A DNA stretch of 64,000 nt from Candidatus Omnitrophota bacterium (GCA_028715415.1 JAQURX010000008.1:2495-66494), one strand, 5' to 3'; shown: positions 18,818 to 29,057, counted from the first letter of the stretch. Made by a program: numbers and translations. Notes: generated by a model from the letters alone, not told the origin.

Positions 18818-19942
18818 TTATAAGCCGATTATTTTAGCAAAAATACTTTTCTTTATTTTAATTGCCTTTTCAGGACAGACTTCCTGGCAGCAAAAACAAG
18901 CAATGCAACCCGAATGATCAATCACAACCTTTCCATTTTTAATGGATATTGCCTTTTGCGGGCAGGCTTTAATGCAAGAGGCGCATTTAACACAATTATC
19001 ATATTCAACACAAGGATAAAATTTAATAAGCCTTCTTGCTAGATTAATAACCGGCTCGGGGATATGCCTTCTTAACAAAGAAGTTGAAGGAATTTTAAAA
19101 GGCTTACCGATAATATTATCAAGATTTTCACCAAGGATAGAAATAGAATCTAAATCCGAAACTCCTAACCCCCTGCGGGAAGCTTCTTTGGTAGTCAAGC
19201 AATCCGTAGGAGCTATCCCCATTACCTTGGCTAAAACACTGTCTACTGCTACTCCATCAGTTCCTGCGAATAATAAACCTATCTTACGCAATTTCCCGCT
19301 TGTTCCCGGGCCATCCCCTTCCATAGCCATAATCCCATCAACAATATTTAAACACGGGGTTACTTCTTCAAAAATATCTACGATAACTCGCGATAAATCT
19401 TCCATTCTAAAATATTTTTTATGTAATTCTGTCTTGTAGCTTCCTGCAACCAAACCAAAATTGTTCTTAATAGCCCCGGTTAGAATTGTCAGGCCATGCG
19501 TTTTGAACTTTGGGACATTAACCAAACAATCACATTCATCAAGTATCGCCGCAAGAGGAAACTTATTCCGCCTCCAGCGCCTTCTATCAAATTTTACTAA
19601 TTCCACATCTTCTTCCGCGCAGACTTTTTTTACCCCTGTTACTTCATAGACCCAATCAACCTTCTCAGAATACCTATCCCAAACACTTGGGCTGTCCCCT
19701 AACATAACTCTGCAATTATTTTCTTTTAAAAGCTTAATAACCGCCCTTATTACTTCAGGATGAGTCGTAATCCCTGCCTCTGGATTTTTAGCCATTAACA
19801 GGTTTGGCTTAATTAAAACTCTGCTGCCTCGCTTAACTATACTAGAGATTCCCCCAATCAAATCAACCGATTGACGGACTGCCTGCTGCACTAGAATCGA
19901 TTCATAGCTATCACATTTCGCTACTGCTACTTTAGCATTCAT
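18818..19942 (-). CDS. DUF362 domain protein with C-terminal 2x[4Fe-4S] ferredoxin domain
   Basis: 374 aa. DUF362-type N-terminal region, then two CxxCxxCxxxCP motifs (CVKCASCIKACP; CIACFCCQEVCP). Confidence 0.65.
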   Translation of the reverse strand: MNAKVAVAKCDSYESILVQQAVRQSVDLIGGISSIVKRGSRVLIKPNLLMAKNPEAGITTHPEVIRAVIKLLKENNCRVMLGDSPSVWDRYSEKVDWVYEVTGVKKVCAEEDVELVKFDRRRWRRNKFPLAAILDECDCLVNVPKFKTHGLTILTGAIKNNFGLVAGSYKTELHKKYFRMEDLSRVIVDIFEEVTPCLNIVDGIMAMEGDGPGTSGKLRKIGLLFAGTDGVAVDSVLAKVMGIAPTDCLTTKEASRRGLGVSDLDSISILGENLDNIIGKPFKIPSTSLLRRHIPEPVINLARRLIKFYPCVEYDNCVKCASCIKACPQKAISIKNGKVVIDHSGCIACFCCQEVCPEKAIKIKKSIFAKIIGL

Positions 19943-20700
19943 TTCAATCCAAAAAAGTTAACTGCATTATCCGTGGTTAATTTAGCTATTGTTTCAACCG
20001 AAACTGCTTTAATTCTTGCCACTTCTTCAGCAAGAATTCTTACCTGCATCGGCTCATTGCGTTTCCCGCGAAAGCCTTCCGGAGATAAATAAGGCGCATC
20101 TGTTTCTAATAATAACCTGTCAAGCGGCGTAATTTTAATCATATCTCTTAAGTTTTGCGCTTTCTTATAGGTAATGTTGCAAGTATACGAAATATAAAAG
20201 CCTAAATCTAGGCAAGCTTTTAAAAAATCTTCGTTTCCGGAAAAACAATGTAACACCGCCCTTACAGGCATCGCCTCTTTTAATATCCGAATGCTATCCT
20301 CCGCTGCTTCTCGGCTATGGATAATAAGCGGCTTATTAGATTCTTTTGCTATGGCTATCATTGACTTAAACATTGGAGGCTGATTTTCCGGCTTAGAGAA
20401 ATTCTTGAAATAATCTAAGCCAATCTCTCCGATTGCGACAACTTTTTTATTACCTGCCAATTCTCTTATTGCTTCTTCTTCATTTTTATTAAAAGAATCT
20501 GCTTCATGAGGGTGGATTCCTACAGCGGCATAAATAAAATCGTATTCTTTTGCTAACTTTACGGAGGCAACTGAAGACTTAAGGCTCGAGCCTATATTTA
20601 TGATATAACTAATCCCCGAGTTTTTTGCGCGGCTGATAACTTCAGCCCTATCTTGCTCAAACTCCGGGAAATCTAAATGGCAATGAGTATCAACAAGCAT
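19939..20700 (-). CDS. tatD: TatD family metal-dependent DNase/hydrolase
   Basis: 253 aa. MLVDTHCHLDF start and the TatD metal-ligand pattern. Immediately downstream of metG, as in B. subtilis metS-yabD. Confidence 0.85.
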   Translation of the reverse strand: MLVDTHCHLDFPEFEQDRAEVISRAKNSGISYIINIGSSLKSSVASVKLAKEYDFIYAAVGIHPHEADSFNKNEEEAIRELAGNKKVVAIGEIGLDYFKNFSKPENQPPMFKSMIAIAKESNKPLIIHSREAAEDSIRILKEAMPVRAVLHCFSGNEDFLKACLDLGFYISYTCNITYKKAQNLRDMIKITPLDRLLLETDAPYLSPEGFRGKRNEPMQVRILAEEVARIKAVSVETIAKLTTDNAVNFFGLK

Positions 20701-20711
20701 TTTGTATTATT

Positions 20712-22232
20712 TTAAGCTTTAGTTTTTGTGTCAATGCGGGGAAATAAAGGATTGCCTTTTTTAATTCTATCCGTTCCTAACTGCTCTTTAATTGACTCGG
20801 ATGTTTTTGGCATAAAAGGATAAAGCTCATCTGCCACTTCTCTAATCGCATCCACTAAAACTCTGATAAAAGATTTTAATTCTTTGGTTTTATTTTCTTT
20901 AGCTAAGTTCCAAGGCTTTGTTTCCTCAACATACTTATTTGGCAGGCTGATTAGATCCCAGATATATTCAAGGCTCAAACTGAAATTTAATACTTCAGTT
21001 GGAATTGCTAGCTTTTCCGGCAGCTCTTTTATTAATTTTTCAATTACCATTCCTTGCTCATCTAATTTACCCTTTTCAGGGACTTCTCCTTGATAATATT
21101 TCTCAATCATTGTAAGAGTCCTATAGACCAAATTTCCTAAATCATTGGCAAGGTCTCCATTAAACCTTTTAACAATTGCCTGCTCAGAAAAATTCCCGTC
21201 TAAGCCAAATGGGACATCACGCAATAGAAAATATCTATACGTATCTATCCCATATCGATCTACCATCTCAATCGGATTAATTGCGTTTCCACGGGATTTA
21301 GACATCTTAGTATCATCTATAAGCCACCAGCCATGGGCGAATATTTTATCAGGCATCCTTACACCCAAAGCATGCAATAAAATCGGCCAATAAATCGCAT
21401 GGTGCCTTAAAATGTCCTTTCCGATAAGATGCACAATCTCAACATCATCCTGCCACCACTTTGATTGATATTTCCCTTTCTCATTAAAATTACCCACAGC
21501 ACTAATATAGTTGATTAAAGCATCAAACCAAACATAAGTAACGTGCTCGGGGCTAAACGGTAAAGGTATCCCCCAATTAAGGCGTTCTTTTGGCCTTGAG
21601 ATACAAAGATCATTTAATTTGTTATGGCGCAAAAAACTTAAAACCTCTTCTCTTCTTGATTGAGGAGAAACAAAATTTACATTATCTTCAATGTATTTAA
21701 CCAGCCAATCCTGATAGATGGATAATCTGAAGAAATAATTTGTTTCACTGATCTTCTCAACCTTACGCTTACAATCCGGGCAAAGCTGCTCTGTAATCTG
21801 AGTTTCCGGCCAGAAAGTTTCACAGGGAGTGCAATACCAACCTTCATATTTAGACGAATAAATTAATTTCTGCCCGCCGGCTTCCTTGTTATGAAGAATT
21901 TCCAGCACTCTCTGGACTGTTTTTATATGCCTTTCTTCGGTAGTACGGATAAAATCATTAGGGGTAATCTCTAATTTATTCCAGAGCCCTTTAAATTGCA
22001 AAACAACCTTATCCACAAATTCCTGCGGAGTTAATTTTGCTTCATCTGCCGCTTTCTGGATTTTCTGGCCATGCTCATCTGTGCCGGTTAAAAACCAGAC
22101 ATTCTCTTTGCCTAATTGCTTACGCTTATAACGCGAAATAGTATCCGCGGCAATCGTGGTATAAGAATGCCCGATATGCGGGGCAGCATTAACATAGTAT
22201 ATCGGAGTCGTTATATAAAACTTATTTGCCAT
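20712..22232 (-). CDS. metG: methionyl-tRNA synthetase
   Basis: 506 aa. HIGH motif (PHIGHSYT), KMSKS motif, and zinc knuckle CPDC... Confidence 0.9.
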   Translation of the reverse strand: MANKFYITTPIYYVNAAPHIGHSYTTIAADTISRYKRKQLGKENVWFLTGTDEHGQKIQKAADEAKLTPQEFVDKVVLQFKGLWNKLEITPNDFIRTTEERHIKTVQRVLEILHNKEAGGQKLIYSSKYEGWYCTPCETFWPETQITEQLCPDCKRKVEKISETNYFFRLSIYQDWLVKYIEDNVNFVSPQSRREEVLSFLRHNKLNDLCISRPKERLNWGIPLPFSPEHVTYVWFDALINYISAVGNFNEKGKYQSKWWQDDVEIVHLIGKDILRHHAIYWPILLHALGVRMPDKIFAHGWWLIDDTKMSKSRGNAINPIEMVDRYGIDTYRYFLLRDVPFGLDGNFSEQAIVKRFNGDLANDLGNLVYRTLTMIEKYYQGEVPEKGKLDEQGMVIEKLIKELPEKLAIPTEVLNFSLSLEYIWDLISLPNKYVEETKPWNLAKENKTKELKSFIRVLVDAIREVADELYPFMPKTSESIKEQLGTDRIKKGNPLFPRIDTKTKA

Positions 22233-23022
22233 GTTCTTTTTCCTTAAAACTCACCTCAAAAAGGATCCCGTCTTCAAGCTGGACTGTGGCAGATCTTTTA
22301 AAAACATTCACACTTATCACTTTTCCTTTTCCCTTAATAGTATTAATGTGCTCTCCCTCTCGAGGCAAACCTTTAGATAGCATTTTATAAGTTTCGTATT
22401 CAAACGAAAGACAGCACATCAGCCTGCCACAGAGCCCGGAAATCTTAGTCTGGTTTAAAGGCAAGCCTTCCTCTTTTGCCATTTTAATTGTTACCGGCTG
22501 AAAATCTTTTAAGAACTTTGCACAACACAGTTCTCTTCCGCAAGAACCAAAACCTCCGATTATCCTTGCTTCATCTCTAACGCCAATCTGCCTTAGCTCA
22601 ATCCGCGCTTTAAAGATTTTAGCCAAATCTTTAACTAGATTCCTAAAATCAACTCTACCATTTGCCGTAAAATAAAAAACTATTTTTGTGCGGTCAAAAG
22701 AATATTCTGCCTGAACAAGCTTCATATCTAATTTATGTTCATCAATCTTCTTTAAACAGCTGTTAAATGCCTCTTTTGCCTTAACACGGTTTTCTTCGAT
22801 TTGCTTTATATCGCCTTCTTTTGCAAGCCTGATTATTTTCTTAATTGGCTCTTTTGAAGCATCTTCTTCAACTGCCTCATTAGGAGAAACAACTTGGCCA
22901 TAATCAACGCCACGGTCATGTTCAATAATAACGTAATCCCCTTCTTTTAAAACAATTCCGTTTGGGTTATAAAACTGGACTTGGCCCGCGTCTCTTAATC
23001 TTACATGTATCATGCCTTCCAT
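22222..23022 (-). CDS. PSP1 C-terminal domain protein (YaaT / 'stage 0 sporulation protein' family)
   Basis: 266 aa. The conserved PSP1 core is present (DYVIIEHDRGVDYGQVV ... GGFGSCGRELCC). It follows holB, as B. subtilis yaaT does. Confidence 0.75.
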   Translation of the reverse strand: MEGMIHVRLRDAGQVQFYNPNGIVLKEGDYVIIEHDRGVDYGQVVSPNEAVEEDASKEPIKKIIRLAKEGDIKQIEENRVKAKEAFNSCLKKIDEHKLDMKLVQAEYSFDRTKIVFYFTANGRVDFRNLVKDLAKIFKARIELRQIGVRDEARIIGGFGSCGRELCCAKFLKDFQPVTIKMAKEEGLPLNQTKISGLCGRLMCCLSFEYETYKMLSKGLPREGEHINTIKGKGKVISVNVFKRSATVQLEDGILFEVSFKEKEHGK

Positions 23023-24008
23023 AACTGAGCTCCTAGGTTATACAACACAAGCTTGGGATTCATATTCTGCTCCAAAGAAAGCACTGAATCAGATATAGAA
23101 TTCAATACTCTGTCTAAATCAGCAAAAGTAAATTTATCTTTAAGCTTAAGAAGGTCCTGCTTGCGGTCAAGATTGATAATCTCAACCGAAGGCAGGCCTG
23201 CCTTAATCAAATAGACATCCCTAAACCATGCTGCCAATATGTTTAAATAATTTTCAATACACTCTTTTTTTTGGGCTAACACATTTTCAAAATCAGGCTT
23301 CGCAGTAAAAACAAATTTATCAACAGCCTTATCTCTTTCAACAAAAATCCCTGTTTCTTTTAAACTTAACGCCCTTCCGATTCTGCCTTCCGAAAAATAC
23401 GCTAAGAAATGCGCCTTATCTTTTTCAAGCTTGTAATCCGACTCAAAAATCTCTTCAAGCTCAGGCCGCTTAGCAGGGTAAAATCTAATTACTTTGCAAC
23501 GCGAAACTACAGTTTTAAACAATAACTCCGGTTTTGAGGTCGTTAGAATAATTAAACTATTTCTTGGAGGCTCCTCTAATATCTTAAGCAAAGCATTAGA
23601 AGCTTCAGCAGTTAAATTATGCGCATCGTCAATTATAAAAACTTTGGATCTTCCCTCATAAGGCCTTAAATTAATATCCCTTTGCAGTTGCCTGATATGA
23701 TCAATCTTTATCACATTTGCCGAAGAATCAGGAGCCTTAGCCCCCTCTTGAGCCGGCAAAGAAGCATCAATGGTAAAGACATCCGGATGTTGATTCTTTT
23801 CTATCTTTAAACAAGAAGGGCATTTTTCACAAGAATCAACAGAATCAGCCTGGCAATTAACAACTTTTGCCAAAGTTTTAGCAACTAATTTCTTTCCTAT
23901 GCCTTCTGCGCCTATAAAAAGATAACCTCCCTCAAGTTTTTTATTTTCTATATATCCTTGTAGAAGGCTTATAGCCCTAGCTTGGCCTTTTATATCACTA
24001 AATGACAT
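23010..24008 (-). CDS. holB: DNA polymerase III delta' subunit HolB
   Basis: 332 aa. AAA+ clamp-loader fold with a degenerate Walker A (GAEGIGKKLVAKTLAK), a zinc module C..C..C..C and an SRC-like motif. Lies between tmk and yaaT. Confidence 0.8.
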   Translation of the reverse strand: MSFSDIKGQARAISLLQGYIENKKLEGGYLFIGAEGIGKKLVAKTLAKVVNCQADSVDSCEKCPSCLKIEKNQHPDVFTIDASLPAQEGAKAPDSSANVIKIDHIRQLQRDINLRPYEGRSKVFIIDDAHNLTAEASNALLKILEEPPRNSLIILTTSKPELLFKTVVSRCKVIRFYPAKRPELEEIFESDYKLEKDKAHFLAYFSEGRIGRALSLKETGIFVERDKAVDKFVFTAKPDFENVLAQKKECIENYLNILAAWFRDVYLIKAGLPSVEIINLDRKQDLLKLKDKFTFADLDRVLNSISDSVLSLEQNMNPKLVLYNLGAQLWKA

Positions 24009-24598
24009 AATGCTCTTACCTTTTCCTGTGTTACGGACAATTCTTTATCTACTTTTACAATCTTGATTCTTTTTGGCTCAAGGGATGCTAACTTTAAATA
24101 TCCGATTCTTACTTTTTTATGATAAGCAAGCGGGCGCATTTCAATACGGTCTTCTTTTTCATGCCTATGCTTTAAGCCTTTTTCTACAGGAAGATCGAGA
24201 AATATTGTTAAGTCAGGGATAATCCCGCCCGTAGCAAAATTTCCGATATTCTTTATAGTTTTTAAATCTATGCCCAAGCCAAACCCCTGATAAACAATTG
24301 TTGAATCCATAAATCTATCTGAAATTACAATCTTTCCCTTTAAAAGTGCGGGCTTAATAATATCGTTAACCACCTGAGCCCGGGCAGCCATATAAAGAAG
24401 AGTCTCTGATTCAGGACAAATATCGCTTTCAGGGCTAAGCAAAAGCTCACGAATCTTCTCGCTTACTTTTACTCCTCCCGGCTCACGCAGATAAACCACA
24501 GGATATCTTTTATCTTTTAAATACTGGTAAAGAAGCTTTGATTGCGTACTTTTACCGCATCCTTCTGAACCCTCAAATGTAATAAACTTACCTTTCAT
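23990..24598 (-). CDS. tmk: thymidylate kinase
   Basis: 202 aa. P-loop FITFEGSEGCGKST, with DRF/LID-region motifs. Confidence 0.9.
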   Translation of the reverse strand: MKGKFITFEGSEGCGKSTQSKLLYQYLKDKRYPVVYLREPGGVKVSEKIRELLLSPESDICPESETLLYMAARAQVVNDIIKPALLKGKIVISDRFMDSTIVYQGFGLGIDLKTIKNIGNFATGGIIPDLTIFLDLPVEKGLKHRHEKEDRIEMRPLAYHKKVRIGYLKLASLEPKRIKIVKVDKELSVTQEKVRALCHLVI

Positions 24599-24611
24599 AT
24601 GACCTAGCCTT

Positions 24612-24790
24612 TTTAATTTTATGGTTTCGCTTCCGGCGCTGAAAATTTTTGCCGTGCGCTGCGATTTACCACGTCGCTACGGCTTAGCGTTCTTTTATAG
24701 CTGTCCTTCGCTCCTCGTAAATCCTTGCGCACTAATGTTAATAGCTGTGCCAAAAATTTTCTAATGCGCCTCCAGCAAAAACCATAAAAT
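24612..24790. repeat. ~180-bp GC-rich intergenic element bounded by ~45-nt imperfect terminal inverted repeats (perfect outer 13-mer AATTTTATGGTTT); candidate structured ncRNA (6S-like long hairpin) or MITE
   Basis: The left end is AATTTTATGGTTTCGCTTCCGGCGCTGAAAATTTTTGCC. The reverse complement of the right end is AAATTTTATGGTTTTTGCTGGAGGCGCATTAGAAAATTTTTGGCA. The interior is about 50% GC against a roughly 35-40% GC background. It sits between the tmk start and the cysS stop. Confidence 0.3.
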
Positions 24791-24792
24791 TT

Positions 24793-26169
24793 CTACAATC
24801 TTCTTCGCCAAGTAGTTTTACCGAATTTTGTATCTTCTAAAATAATACCTTTCTCTTCCAATTCTTTTCTTATCCTATCAGATAGAGCAAAATCTTTATT
24901 CTGCCTGGCATTATTTCTTTTTAATATCGCTTCCTCTACTTCTACATCAGGCATACCGGAAGTTTTTGCGGTAAGCGAGATACCCAGTATCTTTAAAAAC
25001 TCCCTTATAGTGCTCCCTGCAGAAGAAACAAATTCTTTATTCCCAATATTCTTATTTGCTTCATTAATCAATTCAAAGACCGCGGCAAGCGCTTTAGGCG
25101 TATTAAAATCATCGTCCATAGAATTAAAGAATTTTATTTCTGCTTCTTCAATTACAGGAAAAACATTGTGATTAGAGCTAGGCTCTGTTTTATCCAAGAA
25201 AATTACTATCCTTTGCAGCGCCTGGCTGGCCTCTTCAATTCTTTCATCAGTATAGTCTATCGGGCTGCTATAGTGGGCGCTTAAGAAGAATAATTTTAAA
25301 TAATCGGGATTCTTATATTTAGCAATGAAATCCTTGATTGTAATAAAATTACCCAAAGACTTGGCCATCTTTTGGCCATTAATAGTAAGAAGCCCTCCAT
25401 GCATCCAATATTTTGCAAAAGGCTTCCCGGTTAATGCTTCTGCCTGAGCTGTCTCATTTTCATGATGCGGGAAGATTAAATCGCGGCCTCCCGCATGGAT
25501 ATCTAAGGTATCAACTCCCAAAAATTTCTGGCTCATCACCGAACATTCAATGTGCCATCCCGGCCTACCCTTTCCCCAAGGGCTTTCCCAATAAGGCTCA
25601 TTTTCTTTTGACTTCTTCCACAAAGCAAAATCCAAATGGTCTTTTTTATTCTCGTTTGGGTCAATGCGGGCTCCACTTTCCATCTGATCAATGGATTGCC
25701 CGGATAACTTTCCATATCCGGTAAACTTCCTTACATTAAAATAAACATCCCCTCCGGATTCATAAGCAAATCCCTTTGCAATCAAACCTTCAATATATTT
25801 AATCATTTCAGGGATGTTTTCAGTTGCCCGAGGCTCATAATCTCCTTTCTGGATCCCTAATGCCTCTAAATCTTCGTAATATCTACCAATGTATTTCTTA
25901 ACAAGTTCTTTCCAATCAACTTTTAGCTCGTTAGCGCGATTAATAATCTTATCGTCAATATCGGTAATATTACGCACAAACTTAACTTCATATCCGCGTT
26001 GCGATAAGTATCTTCTTATAACATCAAAAATATACAAGCTTCTGGCATGCCCAATATGGCTCTCGTCATAAACAGTAACACCACAAGTATAGATATTTAC
26101 TTTGGGCGGCTTTAGCGGCTCAAAAACATCTTTCTTTCTACTGAGGGAATTATATATTTGAATAGGCAT
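24793..26169 (-). CDS. cysS: cysteinyl-tRNA synthetase
   Basis: 458 aa. HIGH (HIGHARS), KMSKS (KMAKS) and zinc-binding Cys motifs. Confidence 0.9.
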   Translation of the reverse strand: MPIQIYNSLSRKKDVFEPLKPPKVNIYTCGVTVYDESHIGHARSLYIFDVIRRYLSQRGYEVKFVRNITDIDDKIINRANELKVDWKELVKKYIGRYYEDLEALGIQKGDYEPRATENIPEMIKYIEGLIAKGFAYESGGDVYFNVRKFTGYGKLSGQSIDQMESGARIDPNENKKDHLDFALWKKSKENEPYWESPWGKGRPGWHIECSVMSQKFLGVDTLDIHAGGRDLIFPHHENETAQAEALTGKPFAKYWMHGGLLTINGQKMAKSLGNFITIKDFIAKYKNPDYLKLFFLSAHYSSPIDYTDERIEEASQALQRIVIFLDKTEPSSNHNVFPVIEEAEIKFFNSMDDDFNTPKALAAVFELINEANKNIGNKEFVSSAGSTIREFLKILGISLTAKTSGMPDVEVEEAILKRNNARQNKDFALSDRIRKELEEKGIILEDTKFGKTTWRRRL

Positions 26170-26187
26170 AAAACGTGGCCGTTTGAA

Positions 26188-26871
26188 TTATTTATTTTTT
26201 TCTAAATCTTCAATTCTTTTCTCTAATTCTTCCATTTGCTGCATTATCGGGTCTAATATATGGATATGGTCTAGGCTAATATCAATCTTCTTGCCTTCCT
26301 GCTTAGTGATCCTTCCGGGAACACCTACTACTGTTGAATTTGAAGGGACATCCTTGATCACAACTGCATTTGCACCAATATATGAATTATCCCCTATGGT
26401 GATATTTCCTAATACCTTCGCCCCTCCTCCAATTACCACATTATTCCCAATTGTCGGGTGCCGTTTACCTTTTTCAAGGCCTGTTCCTCCGAGTGTAACG
26501 CCTTGATATAGCAAAACATCATCACCAATTATTGCAGTTTCTCCAACCACAACCCCCATCCCGTGGTCGATAAAAAACCTTTTACCGATTTTTGCACCCG
26601 GATGTATCTCTATTCCAGTAAAGAATCTTGCAATCTGTCTTATAAAACGCGCAAAAAAGAATAAATTAATTTTATAGAAGAAATGAGCAACGCGATAGCT
26701 AACTAACGCATGCAAACCCTGGTAAAGAAGCAAAATCTCTAAGAAACTTTTTGCTGCAGGGTCTCTTTTTTGCGCAATCTTTATATCCCCGTAAAAAAAT
26801 ATAGAAATAAGTAATAATTTAATTACTCCTAAAGCAATTAAAATTAATAGTATATTTAAAAGGCAAGTCAT
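26188..26871 (-). CDS. cysE: serine O-acetyltransferase (short, B. subtilis-type)
   Basis: 227 aa. Near-collinear with B. subtilis CysE ([19 protein letters not shown]..., [37 protein letters not shown], hexapeptide repeats). The ATG has a GGAG SD at -7. A 20-aa hydrophobic N-terminal extension is present. Confidence 0.85.
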   Translation of the reverse strand: MTCLLNILLILIALGVIKLLLISIFFYGDIKIAQKRDPAAKSFLEILLLYQGLHALVSYRVAHFFYKINLFFFARFIRQIARFFTGIEIHPGAKIGKRFFIDHGMGVVVGETAIIGDDVLLYQGVTLGGTGLEKGKRHPTIGNNVVIGGGAKVLGNITIGDNSYIGANAVVIKDVPSNSTVVGVPGRITKQEGKKIDISLDHIHILDPIMQQMEELEKRIEDLEKNK

Positions 26872-26872
26872 C

Positions 26873-27355
26873 TTATTCTCCTTTTTCTAACAATACAACG
26901 GCAAAACTTGCGATAGCCTGTTTTTTCCCTATTTCTCCAAGCTTCTCATTTGTCTTAGCCTTTACGCTAACACTATCTTCATTTATGCCAATAATGCGCG
27001 CAATCTCTTTTTGCATGTTTTCTTTGTGGCCTGATAACTTTGGCTCTTCGGTTATAACTACTGCATCAATATTATTAATGCTATAACCTTTGTCTTTTAT
27101 AATCTCATAAACCTTAATTAATAACTCTGTGCTAGCAATCCCTTGGAATATTGGCTCAGTGTCCGGGAAATGTGCTCCGATATCTCCTTGTGCAACTGCT
27201 CCCAACAAAGCATCGCATATTGCATGCAAAAGCACGTCTCCATCGGAGTGTCCCAATAAACCTTTCTTAAACGGAATCTCGATGCCGCCTAAAAAAAGTT
27301 TACGGCCGCTTACTAAACGATGAATATCATAACCTATACCTATCCTAAGTGACAT
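26873..27355 (-). CDS. ispF: 2-C-methyl-D-erythritol 2,4-cyclodiphosphate synthase
   Basis: 160 aa. [10 protein letters not shown]...[18 protein letters not shown] is the IspF signature. Confidence 0.9.
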   Translation of the reverse strand: MSLRIGIGYDIHRLVSGRKLFLGGIEIPFKKGLLGHSDGDVLLHAICDALLGAVAQGDIGAHFPDTEPIFQGIASTELLIKVYEIIKDKGYSINNIDAVVITEEPKLSGHKENMQKEIARIIGINEDSVSVKAKTNEKLGEIGKKQAIASFAVVLLEKGE

Positions 27356-28032
27356 ATTGCTTTTGCTATTCTCCTGTCTTCTGGAGTCGTTATTTTTATA
27401 TTATTATAAGAGCCCTTAACCAGGCTTACTTTCTTTCCCAGCTTTTCAACCAACATAGAATCATCGGTAACCGGCAATCTTGCATACTTCTTAAACGCCT
27501 CTAATATAATCTCTTTTTTAAAAACCTGCGGCGTATGTATTTCCCACAAACAGCTTCTATCTAATGTCTTCTTTACTACGTCTTTACTTCTGCCTTGTAC
27601 CTTGTGCCTTGTGCCTTCTTTTATCGTCGCCTTTACCGGAACTCCTAAGATTGCAGCACCGGTTTTTTTAGCCTCTTTAATAACCAGACAAACATCTGTT
27701 TTGCTTACAAATGGACGGGCTGCATCATGAATTAAAATCAAATCCGCATTATTCTCCACGCTCTTTAACCCATTCATTACCGAATCCTGTCGCTCTTTAC
27801 CACCTAAAACAACTTCTCTAACTTTCTTAAAATCCTTAACTTCTCTTAATACCCCCTTAAGGTTATAACGATTCCCCACAACAATAATGCTCTTTACGTA
27901 AGGAATTTCCGAAAGAGTCTTTAGAGAATATTTTATTATTGAATTATTCCCAATGCGCACCAGAGGTTTCGAAGTTCTGCATTTAAACCTTTTACCCTGT
28001 CCTGCAGCCAAAACTATAGCGCTTACAAACAT
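27340..28032 (-). CDS. ispD: 2-C-methyl-D-erythritol 4-phosphate cytidylyltransferase
   Basis: 230 aa. AIVLAAGQGKRF nucleotide-binding motif. Overlaps ispF. Carries an internal 7-nt x4 tandem repeat (see findings). Confidence 0.85.
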   Translation of the reverse strand: MFVSAIVLAAGQGKRFKCRTSKPLVRIGNNSIIKYSLKTLSEIPYVKSIIVVGNRYNLKGVLREVKDFKKVREVVLGGKERQDSVMNGLKSVENNADLILIHDAARPFVSKTDVCLVIKEAKKTGAAILGVPVKATIKEGTRHKVQGRSKDVVKKTLDRSCLWEIHTPQVFKKEIILEAFKKYARLPVTDDSMLVEKLGKKVSLVKGSYNNIKITTPEDRRIAKAICHLG

Positions 28033-28034
28033 AA

Positions 28035-29018
28035 CTATTTCTCAATCTTTGTAAAAATCATCCTTCCTGCCTGAGTCTGCAGCACAGAAGTTACTGCCAC
28101 TTTCACATCTTGCCCAAGAAGCCGGCGCGCATCTTCAACAACCACCATTGTGCCATCATCTAAATAACCTACAGCCTGATTATGCTCCTTGCCTTCTTTA
28201 ATCAATTTAATCTGCATATGCTCACCAGGAAAGACAACAGGCTTAAGGGCATTTGCCAGCTCATTAATATTTAAAACCTTTATTCCCTGAATTCCGGCAA
28301 CACGGTTTAAGTTAAAATCAACCGTTAAAATTTTAGCTGCTAATAATTTGGCTAATTTAACGAGTTTAGCGTCAACTTCCTGAGTCTCCGGAAAATCTTC
28401 TTCTGAAATTGAAATATCAAGGCCTTGCTCCTTCTGAAGAGTATGCAACATTTCAAGCCCACGCCGGCCGCGCTGGCGTTTCATAGGGTCAGTTGAATCT
28501 GCAATCTGCTGCAATTCTTTTAAAACAAACCTTGGAATAATTATTTTCCCTCCTAAAAATCTTGATTTACAGATATCAACGATTCTTCCGTCAATAATTA
28601 CGCTGGTATCCATTACCGCGATTTCCTCGGGCTGGTCCTGCCGGCGCAATCTGACATAAGGGATAATTATATTAAATTCATCTTTGCCGCGTAAAGCCAT
28701 AACCATCCCCAGATAACAAAATATCAGCGTCAAAGTAACCCTAATAACACTTAAAGTTTCCTGGTCAATAGCAGGAGAAAGCGTAAAAGCGTCTCCTACA
28801 AGTTTAGCCATAATTAAGCCTAATATAAGGCCGAATACCGCACTTGATAACCCGCTTACTGAAACCTTACGTAAGCCAATTTCAAGAAGTATCATTATAA
28901 GAGCAGCCCCTCCACCAATCGCTATTCCAATATGGCCAATGTTTTTTGCTGCTAAAGACTGGTAGCCAACCATCATGCTTCCTACGATAAAAAGAATGCG
29001 TGCCAATAGTACATTCAT
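28035..29018 (-). CDS. PIN/TRAM domain membrane protein (YacL-like)
   Basis: 327 aa. N-terminal TM segments, a PIN domain ([12 protein letters not shown]) and a C-terminal TRAM-like beta barrel. It lies between radA and ispD, exactly where B. subtilis yacL sits. Confidence 0.7.
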   Translation of the reverse strand: MNVLLARILFIVGSMMVGYQSLAAKNIGHIGIAIGGGAALIMILLEIGLRKVSVSGLSSAVFGLILGLIMAKLVGDAFTLSPAIDQETLSVIRVTLTLIFCYLGMVMALRGKDEFNIIIPYVRLRRQDQPEEIAVMDTSVIIDGRIVDICKSRFLGGKIIIPRFVLKELQQIADSTDPMKRQRGRRGLEMLHTLQKEQGLDISISEEDFPETQEVDAKLVKLAKLLAAKILTVDFNLNRVAGIQGIKVLNINELANALKPVVFPGEHMQIKLIKEGKEHNQAVGYLDDGTMVVVEDARRLLGQDVKVAVTSVLQTQAGRMIFTKIEK

Positions 29019-29057
29019 ATTTTTACCTCCTAGAGCACAAGCTCATCCCAAACCATC

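Noticed and set aside
24599-24792. Considered SRP (4.5S) RNA for the GC-rich intergenic element
   Set aside because: The conserved domain IV motif (…GGUCCGGAAGGAAGCAGC…) is not present. Only a loose GCGCCGGAAGCG resemblance was seen, so the SRP assignment was dropped and the element is reported as unclassified.
26183-26506. 107-aa plus-strand ORF overlapping cysE
   Set aside because: It is antisense to the hexapeptide-repeat region of cysE. The periodic repeat on the sense strand generates an open antisense frame.
26188-26871. Possible mis-called start of cysE giving a 20-aa hydrophobic N-terminal extension
   Set aside because: B. subtilis CysE aligns from about residue 21 ([11 protein letters not shown]...), which would suggest a later start. 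No canonical start codon lies there, and the ATG at 26871 has a good GGAG SD at -7, so I kept the long form.
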